From contig JAPETS010000003.1 in NCBI GenBank assembly GCA_026023565.1, positions 744,001 to 808,000 of the forward strand: a stretch of 64,000 bases of DNA. Direction: 5' to 3'. A model generated the notes under the pieces. The model saw only the letters and a list, made by a program, of their open reading frames with translations. It was not told the DNA's origin and ran no database searches. This DNA comes from Cirrosporium novae-zelandiae (taxonomy: Eukaryota). A program made the translations under genes and the position numbers. Positions within the stretch are counted from its first letter, which is position 1; each line of letters begins with the position of its first letter. Below, piece by piece: positions 19,698-31,309 of this stretch.

Positions 19698-22635
19698 ATG
19701 GATTCATACGATTATCGAGATACAGCTGTTAAGAGCGAGGCTTCCAGATATGGTCGCGATGATGACCAGTACGCCAGAGCTCCAGATTCATATCGTCGTC
19801 GATCGCCTGGTAAGAGACCCTTTCTCCCGCCTAGACCTTTACGGATGCCCAGCAATCTATCAACCAACAACTATTCATCCGACCTAAATGGATCCTCTCG
19901 AAAAATTTCTTTTAATAACTTCCGCACCCCTTTTACGCCACCTAAAACTTCTCGTCCCCTTCTTTGTTCCCCTTCTACTCAATTGTTTTCTGACCTACAT
20001 GCTTATGAATCATTGCTAGTCCCAGTCGATCGTCGTTCAGGACGAGCTCCACGCGCTCGATCCAGATCGCCGGTTTCAATAGATCGTTATCAACCTTCCG
20101 ATCGATTGCCCAGAGGAGATGATTACTACAGTGGCTCCCATGAGCATACTTCTAGAGATCGCGAAGATCGCCGACGCGCCCCCTCTCCAGCAAACATCGA
20201 TCGATATGTTCCTGGTCAAGAGCCTGCGCAACCGGTAGTTCGAACCAATCCGATGCCGAACCCTCTTACGCTTGATTTCCAAGTTGGATTCAACTTCTTC
20301 GCAGAATGGTGGCGCATCGATCGATCTATAAAGGAAGACAAGGATCGTGCCAAACATGGAGGTAGGCGACCATCGGATCGCGTTAAAGGCGAGCGCGAAT
20401 CGCGAGAAGAACGCGAAAAAGAAAGGGCGCAGATACAGGTTGCATACGACGCCTACAAGGAAGAGTTACAGATCAAGATGGCGAAGCAGTTTGTACAGCA
20501 ACACAAAGGCGAGGAATGGTTTAAAGAACGCTATGTTCCGGAGATTCGAGATGTCTTTCGTCGGCGTATCTCCGAGTTTCGCCTGATCAATTATCAAAAT
20601 TGGGAGCATGAACTGAACAATGGTACTTTTGATGAATATACATTAGAAGGTATTTACAGAAGCGAAAGTGATGGAGCTGGAGGCCTATTGGAGAAAGAAG
20701 AAGGCGAAACGACCGCAGTTGCTGAAGTTCTTGGTGTTGGAGACTTGGTACCAGCGAAGGGAGGTGAACTCAGAGATGAAGCTATTGCTCAGCCAGCTCT
20801 TCTCATCAAAACCCTTGCACCCAATGTGAGCCGAAGCAAAATTGAAGAATTCTGCAAAGAACATCTCGGTGAGCAGGAAGGTGGCTTCAAATGGTTGAGC
20901 TTGAGCGATCCAAACCCAACTAAGAAATACCATCGTATCGGTTGGATCATTCTCCATCCAGGACCGGAACCGATGCAAGAAATAGAGAGAGGTGATGGTA
21001 GAGATGAAGAAGGCGAAGAGGTTGAAAATGGTGACGCAAAGGAGACTGTACAATCCACTCCAGAGAAAGCACTCGAGCTCATCAATGGGAAGACTATAGT
21101 TGATCCGGAACGTGGGGACTTTACATGCCATGTCGGTGTTCATGTACCACCCAACCAACTCAGGAAGAAAGCGCTTTGGGACTTGTTTTCATCTCCAGAG
21201 CGGGTTGAAAGGGACCTCGAGCTTGCGAGACGTGTTGTTTCTAAGTTTGATCAGGAGTTTGGTGCGGGTATTGATGCAGTGGCGAGAATTGAAGAAAGAG
21301 TAGAAGATTTAAGAGGCAAAGGCTGGCTCCAGCCCCCCCCTAGTGGGCCTGTCAAAATCAAAAAGGATAGGAATGAATTCGAGCTGAACGAGGACGAGGT
21401 TTTACTAGATGCTGGCGAGGAGGAAGAGGAAGGAGCATATGATGAAGAAGCCGATGACGAAGAACTCTTGGTCAAAAAGAAAAAACTCGATCTCTTGGTC
21501 GAATATCTTCGTCGAGTCTTCCATTTTTGTTTCTTCTGCGTTTTCGAAAGTGACTCTGCGCATGAACTTGTGCGCAAATGTCCAGGTGGTCACCTTCGCC
21601 GCCCTCGGAGCGGTCTCAGTACCTCTGCTAAAGCTGCTGCGAGAGCAAGCGCTCTTGGTCAGCCGTTCCCATTTAAGAAGAAAGATATTAGCGGTGATGA
21701 TGCAACTGAAACCGGATCCGTAACAGCCTCTTCTCCTGTCGAAGACAAGAAGTTCAATCGTGGCAACTCCAAGAATGAACAGCAGCTACTCCGTGCTTTC
21801 AATTGGGTCAAGACCTATGAAGATAAACTTTTGCAGATCCTTGAACCCGAAAATGTAGATCTGAAAAAGATTGGTGGAAAGCCAATAGACGAGGCCATGG
21901 AGGATGAATTAGGGAAATACGTCAAGCAAGAAGATGAAAGCAAATTCCGTTGCAAGGTTCCAGATTGTACGAAGCTCTTCAAAGCACAGCATTTCTGGCG
22001 GAAGCATATCGAGAAACGTCACGCAGAATGGTTTGAAGGTGTCAAGAAAGAAGTAAGCGTAGATGAATGTATCTCTAAGTTCAACAAGCTAACAGTCTTC
22101 TTAGGTGGAACTTGTCAACATCTATGTGATGGATCCGGCCCACATTGCACCGTCCCGCTCTGATGCCAACAGCAACGGCCATTTCCCCACAAATAATCAT
22201 ATGCCAAGTGGGACTCCTCGTGGCTTCAATCTTGCAAGTATGCCTTTCAATTTTGGAGGCATGCCAGCTGGCTTCCCCATGGCCGCAGGCTTTCCTACTT
22301 TCATGGCTAACAGTGTTACTACCCAAGCTGGATGGAATGGCGGAGCCGTTACTGCTGCCGATGGTGGGGTGCATCAAGCAGGTGCAATGCGAAGAGGAAC
22401 TGGCCGTTACAATAACCGTCCAGGACCTTACGATCGCAGAACCCCACGTGGTGGATACTCGACTGGAAGGCCAGATTCCAGCGGTCGTTTAATGAATCCT
22501 AGTAGCGCCAAATGGTTAGATGGAGCAGGTGCTCAAGCTGTTGGTCCAAGGGAAGCCACGCAAGGCCGAAGTCTTAAAAGTTACGAAGATCTTGATGCTG
22601 TTGGTGGGAGTGGGAGTGGTGAGTTGAACTACTGA
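19698..22635 (+). CDS. ARS2: ARS2/SERRATE family cap-binding-complex partner (arsenite-resistance protein 2 homolog)
   Basis: Exons 19698-19809, 20020(or 20026)-22052, 22105-22635. RS/RD-rich N-terminus, FVQQHKGEEWFKERY, LDLLVEYLRRVFHFCFFC, C2H2 finger CKVPDCTKLFKAQHFWRKHIEKRH and C-terminal RSLKSYEDLDA. Confidence 0.9.
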
Positions 22636-23663
22636 TTGGCCTGGTAGTTTAACTCGTATTTGGTTGGAACTCCTCATCCCTTCTTTCCTATCTTGGGTTG
22701 CTACCCCGATACCTGTGCTGCATCAAGAGGAGTTCTATTTGGGCCCCATCTCCAAGGTATTGTTCCTTTGCAAGCCATCATTATTCACATACCCATTTAG
22801 TGTCTTCTCTCTTTTGGCGTCGCTGGCGTATTAGATTGACCGACGGACTTGTGCCTACTATCACCTCCCTAGATGCTTGCATAATCTCCCTGGCCTGCTA
22901 CATGGGCAATCCCCATCCACAGAAGGTCCTTTGCACTGGCTTGAACCCTCAAAGTGTGACATTTTTTCTGATATTCTTTTATTGCTAAGGAACGGGAAAG
23001 TTTGGCAATGTTTATTGACGCTTATGCGATGCGTTCTACTGAAAACAACGATGTATTCTAAACAAATTCTCTTTTTCTTTCTTTCCAAAACTACCCGAAG
23101 TATGCCAATCTATTCCATATCTCTTGGCGAGATTGGAAAAGGGAATGCCAATTATCATTTGGCGCATGTTTGACATGCAAGCTAGCCTGCTTATCTCTCT
23201 ATGGCCTGTTTTTTTTTATCAAAAAAAGGGCTTTGATAGCTTCATTTACTTTTACTACTATATTACTATACTACTACAAACAGATAGATTTGCAAAAAAA
23301 TGTCCCAAACCAAAGAACAAAAACTAAAGAATTGATTTCTCTTTTCATCAGGTAATAATTTGCACTCGCACTCTTATCTCAACGCTCTTAATTGTTTCTT
23401 CGTTTTTGATTTTTCATAACTGCTTGAGAATTTGATCAATTATCCAAGCATAGTTTTTACCTTTCAAAGTAGACAAGATATGATGATGATGATGGCTATT
23501 AACAATGTTGTTCTTTAGCGTATGTGGTGCATGCTGTTTATTGATTCTGTGTGCTGTTTGTCCAGTATTGTATATGGATACTCTTATATGAGCGAATAAA
23601 TCTATGTGAACTTGCTCATTCCATTTCGACTATCCATCCATTCATTCATCCACCTAGCTATCC

Positions 23664-23664
<1 letters not shown>

Positions 23665-23698
<34 letters not shown>

Positions 23699-23789
23699 AA
23701 AAACCCCATACAAATACCCTATTATTAGATAACTTATAACCTTCACAAGACTTCACAAAGCTTATACTATCTATCTATCTATCTATCTA
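23665..23789. repeat. (GAAA)9 at 23665-23700 and (CTAT)5 at 23767-23786 in the AT-rich ARS2/CCT4 convergent spacer
   Basis: Direct reading. Confidence 0.9.
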
Positions 23790-24901
23790 ATTTATCAACA
23801 TATCTCGATCCTTTAAATTTTAGTCTTACTCTTTCTTTATCGGTAAAGGATTTATCATCATTAAATTGTGGAACGAAATGGGAATTCTTCGTTTTTATTA
23901 TCTATTGGTTTGGGGTTTTTATTTTGGATTTGGATTCGGGCTTTTCGAGAGGATGAGAATGGGTGTATTTATTATCCTTCCTGTTGTTATTGTTGTTGGG
24001 GCTTTGATCCATCTTTGTGGAAAGAGAAAAGGAGGGGGAAAAGTGAAGGGAAAGGTGGGTTGGATGGAGGTTAAAGATAAGTTACTTCTCGCCTTTTTTT
24101 TTGCGGAATTGAGTTGGATTGAGAATTTGTTTAATTCTCCTTTTTATACGTCCTGTTTTGCTTTTGTTTTTTGAGGGGGGGACATGGGGAATAGAGAGAA
24201 ATAGGAATATGAAAGAAGGTGGGTTGGCTCCTAGGTTATATGTACTGTACATATGTCCATATTAGATTAAAAGGCAGATAGATACTCTTGCTTGGGTAAT
24301 CAAAATAATATGTGTGTAAATAATATTAGGTAAGTACTACTATATAGGCAAAGTTAGGTTAAGTAAAGTACCTAGAGTTTGGTCAGATGTTTCATTTGAA
24401 ATTTATCTTTTTTTATACAATTGCTTTATTTATATCTAACGGGAATGGGATGGAATGAATGATGGTCTTTTTTTTCTCGCCGTCTTCGTATTTTGAAGAG
24501 TAATTTGTACAGTAAAATTTGTGTAATTATAAAGAGGTTTAGAGGGAGGAGGTGAGAAGAAGAAGTAAGGAGGTTGAGGAGAGTGGGTCTGGTTATGGTA
24601 TGAATACGAGGAAATCCTATCTATATGGGAATAATTATAGCCCTCAGGGGCTAAGTAAATTACTTCTCATTTTTTTCCCCTCAGGTTTTATCTTGGTAAG
24701 AAAAGTGCTGTAGTTAGTTCTTGAGAGGAAAAAAAAATATTTAGGAGATCCAAGGGGTATTTGCAAATCACAGACACTGAACTAGGTGGTCACATCAATC
24801 ACGCATGATATTCATTTCATTTATTTTCTATTTCCCAGGCCTTCACTCATTCAAAGGCAAAAGGCATGATTCTTTAACACGTTCTTCGCTCTCCCGAAGT
24901 T

Positions 24902-26799
24902 TTATCTTGAAAGGGCAATATCATCAATCCTTAAAATCATTTTCACGGTTTCGGCTGCTAGCTCAATGGCGCTCGTGCTCACGAGTAATGGTTGGATGAC
25001 GTTTTCCTCGGCAATGTTTTGCTTTACACCACCGCTCCTTATGCTGACGCCCGCATTCTTTTCTCCTAGTGCATGTCGGTGTCGGAGGTCCGTGACTACT
25101 TTGATGCCGTTCAAACCTGCATTTTCGGCTAGGGTTGTGGGGATGACTTCTAAGGCGTCTGCGAATGCTTTCCAACAGATTGCTTCTGTTCCTGTCTTTT
25201 CCCGCGCTGTGCGAGACATCTCGGCAGCGATTTGGATCTCGGGGGCGCCGCCACCGGCGATCAGGGCACGCTTCTTTACCAGGCAGCGGATTACACATAG
25301 AGCATCATGAAGGGAACGTTCGGCTTCGTCCAGGATGAGGGAGTTGGCACCTCTGCAGAGGATGCTAACGGTTTGCTGGGGGGCTGGTCCGGATGCGGAG
25401 GCTGGGGGTGGCTTGATCCCTGTGATTTTGACAATGCGAGAGCCGCCGGAGGTCTGGACTTCATCCACTAGGTCTGCATGTGCAAGTTTGTCTTCTGAAA
25501 AGTGGGCGATGTCGGCAATGGGCTTGCAGTGCAGGGACTTGCAGATGAATTCTACCTCATCACGCTCAATGTCCTTGATAGCGAGGATTTTGAGACGGGA
25601 CAGGAAGTGTAAGGAGAGGTCGTTGACGGCATCGCGGAGGATAGATTTTTGGATGAGTAGGACGTTGCATTTTGTTTTTTGAATCTTCTTAACCATGTTG
25701 AGTAGGTAGGTCCGCTCTTCTTTGAGGATTTTGTCCATTTGACGATAGTCGTTTACGACGATTTGGTTCTCCATGTCAGGTTTAGGGGGGGAGAGTTGGA
25801 ATTGGATTAGAGCGATGCGTGCTTTTTCCACTCGAGTAGGTCCTCCCCCCGATTTGACGACGGGTTGACTTAATACTAATCCATCTACCATCTCAGAGTC
25901 CTCGATCGTCCCCCCCACCTTCTTGACGATGCGGATGTTCTTGAGATCAACATTCTCGGCGCTTTTGGGATCAATGGTCTTAAGGACAGAGTCGACGGCG
26001 ATGGGACCAAGGAGGGAGGAGTATTGGGAAACAATTTTGGAGGAGAGGGATGTGCTGGCGGCTTGGAGGAGGGTAGCCCGATCGGAGAGGTCGATCTTTT
26101 TGGACATAGAAGTAAGGACTTCCACAGCAAATGCAGCAGCGCGCTGGAATGATTCGGAGATGATCGTGGGGTGGATACCCTTTGCTAGTAACCGTTCTGC
26201 CGCTCCTAAAAGACTGCCTGCTATTACTACCACTGAGGTGGTCCCATCTCCTGCTTCCACATCTTGCGCCGCCGACAGATCAACAAGCATTTTGGCTGAA
26301 GGGTGCATCACACTCATATGACTGAGCATTGTGTTGCCGTCATTGGTCTAATAAAGGGATTAGTCTTAGATTCTATACCGTTATCGAGGTCATCTATTTA
26401 GAAGCGCGTACAATAATGGTTTCGCCTTTGCCTGTTTGTATCTGTTAAATGGTTAGCCTTAACGTTTTCCCAAGAGAGAGCCCACATACCATTTTATCCA
26501 TTCCTCTTGGACCCAAAGACTATGAAGGATTTAGTAGATATATGTGAAGAGCCTGGTATAAAGCTCACAGTTCGAATAGCATCGGACACGGCTGTTCTTA
26601 TAAGTAAGCGCAATTCTTCAAAACGATCTAGGTATTATATACCTCGAGCTGCTACTATATTGGCTGTCCTTACAGCCATAGGCTTCTCCTTATCCTATTA
26701 TATTGTGAGCTTCTTTCCTTCTCATCTTCATGTGTTTGATCCTCGCACCTTGAAAGCATTATTAAACCCACCTGCACTGCCGCTGAGAGTGTCGGCCAT
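24902..26799 (-). CDS. CCT4: T-complex protein 1 subunit delta (CCT chaperonin), 6 exons
   Basis: Exons 26749-26799, 26643-26694, 26569-26591, 26490-26519, 26412-26441, 24902-26347. Motifs [38 protein letters not shown] and the delta-specific [10 protein letters not shown]. Confidence 0.96.
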
Positions 26800-27139
26800 G
26801 GTGCTTCCGAAGACACAGAATATATATTAAATTCGAGGATTTAGGGAACCAGAAATTGAAGTGTTAGTGGTCGAGAAAAGAATCCAATAAGCTAGGGTTT
26901 GGGGGACTCTTGTAGCAAAAAGTTCAGACTTCTATGAATTTGAAATCGCGGCACAAGTTTTCGCCGATGTGGTGGAAGCTTCAGAGCTGCTACGAAGGAC
27001 GACTCTCAACAACATCCAGTCTGCACTTCCAAACCATACCCATATCAACCACAACATCCTCTCCGTCAGAAATCCATTTATATACTTCTCTCAACTTTAA
27101 ATTATCTAGACCTATTAAAAATCACTCAACTCGGTCATA
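26800..27139. promoter_or_regulatory. Short bidirectional promoter region between CCT4 and RPT1
   Basis: Head-to-head ATGs at 26799 (-) and 27140 (+) with 340 bp between them. Confidence 0.7.
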
Positions 27140-28682
27140 ATGCCGAGCGCTACGGGTTCAAGCTGGGAGAAGTACCAAAAGAACTATGCCGACGATGAAG
27201 AGCCGGAAAAGAAGATCACTCCTCTTACCGACGAGTATGTTTAACAAACCAATACTGGTATCTGCAGTCATCTTACTTATTTCATTACAGAGATATCCAG
27301 GTGCTCAAGACCTATGGAGCTGCTCCATATGCAGCCGCATTGAAGACCCTCGAGAAGCAGATTAAAGAGAAGCAAACCAGTGTGGATGAGAAAATAGGTG
27401 AGTATTTTCAAGACTTGGACATTTCAAGTTGCAAAAGTCAAAACTAATCCTTGGTTTAGGCGTCAAGGTAACTATCCCGGATGATCAACCAGCCATGCCT
27501 TCTCCATCTTACATTACTCTAGGAATCTGACACCGGTCTTGCACCTCCACATCTATGGGATATTGCAGCAGATAGGCAACGAATGCAGGAGGAGCAGCCT
27601 TTACAAGTGGCAAGATGTACAAAAATTATTCAAGATGAGAAAGATTCAGACAAGAGCAGATATGTCATCAACGTCAAGCAAATAGCAAAGTTTGTTGTCA
27701 AGCTCGGGGAACGTGTCAGTCCTACTGATATCGAAGAGGGAATGAGAGTAGGGTTCGTTTTTGGGCTTGATGATAATACGGCCGGGCGCTGACCTTTCAT
27801 AGTGTGGACCGAAACAAGTATGAGATTCTACTACCTTTACCGCCGAAGATCGACCCTAGCGTGACTATGATGACCGTGGAGGACAAGCCCGATGTTACTT
27901 ACGGCGATGTTGGTGGATGCAAAGAACAAATCGAAAAGCTGAGAGAAGTTGTAGAAATGCCATTGCTATCACCGGAACGGTTCGTCAACCTTGGTATTGA
28001 TCCTCCCAAGGGTGCTCTACTTTATGGACCTCCTGGAACGGGTAAGACACTCTGCGCAAGAGCCGTTGCCAATCGAACAGACGCAACCTTCATTCGTGTC
28101 ATCGGTAGTGAGCTAGTTCAGAAGTATGTCGGAGAGGGAGCCAGAATGGTACGAGAGCTCTTTGAGATGGCTCGGACAAAGAAGGCTTGTATCATTTTCT
28201 TTGACGAAATTGACGCTATAGGAGGCGCCCGTTTCGACGATGGTGCAGGGGGTGATAACGAGGTCCAGCGAACCATGTTAGAACTCATTACTCAACTAGA
28301 TGGTTTTGATTCAAGAGGGAATATTAAGGTCATGTTCGCCACAAACAGACCATCGACCTTGGATCCGGCCCTAATGAGACCTGGACGTATCGACCGAAAG
28401 ATCGAATTCTCGTTGCCTGATCTCGAAGGCCGAGCAAACATTCTGCGCATTCATGCAAAGAGTATGTCGGTGGAACGGGATATTAGATGGGAGCTGATTT
28501 CAAGGTTATGCCCCAACTCTACTGGTGCTGAATTAAGAAGTGTGGCTACAGAGGCAGGTATGTTCGCTATTCGAGCAAGAAGAAAGGTTGCCACGGAGAA
28601 GGATTTCTTGGCTGCTGTTGACAAGGTCATCAAGAACAACTTGAAGTTCAACTCTACGGCAACATATATGCAATACAACTAG
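27140..28682 (+). CDS. RPT1: 26S proteasome regulatory AAA-ATPase subunit 7 (Rpt1/Cim5), 5 exons
   Basis: Exons 27140-27234, 27291-27397, 27460-27467, 27523-27752, 27803-28682. [16 protein letters not shown], Walker A GPPGTGKT, Walker B IIFFDEID and C-terminal STATYMQYN. Confidence 0.97.
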
Positions 28683-29158
28683 TGATGAAGGACTGGATTA
28701 CTCGGCGCTCTCGACTGCATTGGAAGCGATGGACGGTGTACATTATTAGAACTCTGGAAGTCTTTAGAATTCTGTCCAGCTTTTCTCTAATTCAAATAGC
28801 CTTCAGAACTAGTTATTGATATTGCAAATTCTTTAGATTTAAATACGATAAGTACAAAGGTACTTTTATGGTTATCGCGTGGCTGGTATGATGTGATGTT
28901 CAGGCAAACCCTTGTCGGACTAGCAACCAGCCAACATTAAACACTCAACGACCGCAACAATTCATTCTAAAGTCAGCAAAGTCTTAGATAACGTCATGAT
29001 ATTCTCCTGGCTCTCCTTAAAACTGTTAACAAAGAATTCAATGTTTCGCATATACCATCTGTGCAAAATATCTTCAACTCCGACACCCAATTGAAAACAG
29101 ATCTATACCATCGACGTTACTAATGACATAGGCCTCATATCACAATCGCATAACAAAT

Positions 29159-30415
29159 ATGTATTCGAACCGTGGTCGCAAAAGAGGTCGCGGAAATGGA
29201 CGCCCCTCACATTCTAAAACTCCGCTCAAAAAGGGTCTTTTTATGGATGGAGTTTGGTACTGCAATTGTGAACCCCGACTTCTAGCGACAAAGTTTCAAG
29301 TGAAGAAAATGGGCAAGAATCTTGGAAAATGGTGTATGTGCTTTTATAAATTCCATATGAATATTCTCGTTGTATTCGTCATTGGTTAGTTCTAATACGT
29401 ATATCTAGTTTATGCATGTCAAAAGCCAATTGGCAATGAAAACCGATGCGACTACTTCCTTTTCGACGACGATGCCAAATGCAGAGAAAAGACAAATGTT
29501 TTGGAGAATACAAGAAGCGAATCCAGCAACCATAAACCCGAAGTACAGGAAGCTGCTCCACCTCCACCTCCTACTCCTACTCTAGTGCGCCGCCCATCTC
29601 TGCGACAGACGTTCCTCACGCCGTTTTCGATCAAGAAAAAGACGGGGAGAGAGATGATGAAGGAAGATGAGGTTCAAATACAATCTGATGATGATGATAA
29701 TGGAGCCACTACCCCCAGCCCAACACCCAGCCCACCTCCTGAAACGAATAAACCCAAAAAGCGTCGCTTGTTTACTTCCACAAGTGACAATGAGGAGGAA
29801 TCCTATGACTGGCCTAAGAGTGATGATGATATGCTAGCTGCAGTTGCTGATTGTGTTGAAATGCCACCACCGGAGACACCACGAAAAGTAAGGAAGACGG
29901 ATGCATTCGCTTCACCTGGGCAGCGATCGCGCGCAATACTGGCCACACCTTCTACTTCCGGAGACCGCCAATTCTATACACCCCTAAGTAAAAAAGTTGA
30001 TAGTGTTCATTTAAGATCAAGAGGGACCGAGCCAAAAACAGGTCTAATATCTCCGGCTTACACACCTACCCCATCACGTTTTAAGGATGCGCGTCTTCAT
30101 TCTCCCGCTTCGAAGACGGCTGCTCCTAGCCCATCCCCACCATCAGACATCACAAAAGAAATCATGAATCTCCTCGAGGCTAAACATGCATTTCTCCTAC
30201 CATCAGCCGAGGAGGCATTGAAAAATACACTCAACAAGTACTCGATGAAGATGGAAGGCGTGATACGGGGGCGAGAGGCCGCTCGGAACGCTCTCAAAGA
30301 AAGAGAAGCTAAAATTGGGGGATTGGTGATACAAGTTAGCAGACTCGAGAGAGAACGGGAGCGGCTGAACGGAGTTGTAGAGGGGCTAAAAAAGGAGCAA
30401 GATGGAGAGAGGTAG
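29159..30415 (+). CDS. GRF-type zinc finger protein with disordered middle and C-terminal coiled coil
   Basis: Exons 29159-29333 and 29409-30415. Splicing joins CNCEPRLLA...KNLGKW to FYACQKP...RCDYFLF, a GRF zinc-finger pattern. Confidence 0.8.
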
Positions 30416-31309
30416 AAGATATTTCATTTTTAACGACATAACGAATTACGATAGGTGATCTCTCCATACCCTTGACTTGAGAAATTTTGCTTTGAGTGCG
30501 GTCTTAAGACATTTCGAGTGATTCTTAGGCGCTCTGTAAGGCGGGTGATATCCTATATGCTATGAATTCCAGCAAGTAAAATCTTCATCATTATAATTTT
30601 AAGATAGCTAGGTCTAGTATAAACAAATAACAAATCCTACGAAAAAAAAAACAGCTTCACCTGATGCATAGGTAAAGAGGATTAAATAGTGGACCAACGA
30701 GTAGAGGAATTTATATATAATTAGTGACTTATCTAAGACTGGGATTTAACGAAACCCAGCCCTATGGACTGATTCCATCTCTCAACTTACATACTACTTG
30801 AGCAACAATCAATCCCGGAGGATTCATTCTAAACCTTTTCAGCCTTTTTGCCCCCACCTTTCCAGATTTAGCATGGATCAGGATCCTAATTATTGAAATA
30901 TTGTCATGCATAGTCTAGCATTTTGTTGTATTACTACAGTTTGGCTATAGTAAATAAAATGAACTTAATTCCTCTTCCTTCTCCTCCTTCAGCCTCGCCT
31001 CCAATTTCGCTCTCAAGACAGAGAGAGAGGGAAAGACTTTTTTTCGTTTTCAGTTTGAATGCCTTTCCTTCTCATCGTCATCATCTCTACTAGATTCTTT
31101 ACGTCAGGTCTACGAGTTTTGAATATGTACCTGACGCTGGATCATTAGACTCCACTACCAGTCATCTTTTCGTACAACATTTACTTTTTCCCGGCCAAGA
31201 AGGGAAGCTTCAACATATCAATATCCCACATGGGCTTTTAAAGTTCAATTGATTGGTTATTTCTATCAAGCATCTCTTCTTCCCCTCCTTCTCCTCCTCC
31301 TTCGCCGCC

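Noticed and set aside
23500..24800. Hydrophobic short ORFs in the AT-rich ARS2-CCT4 spacer
   Set aside because: Products of low-complexity T-rich and microsatellite sequence; no splice-consistent gene model found.
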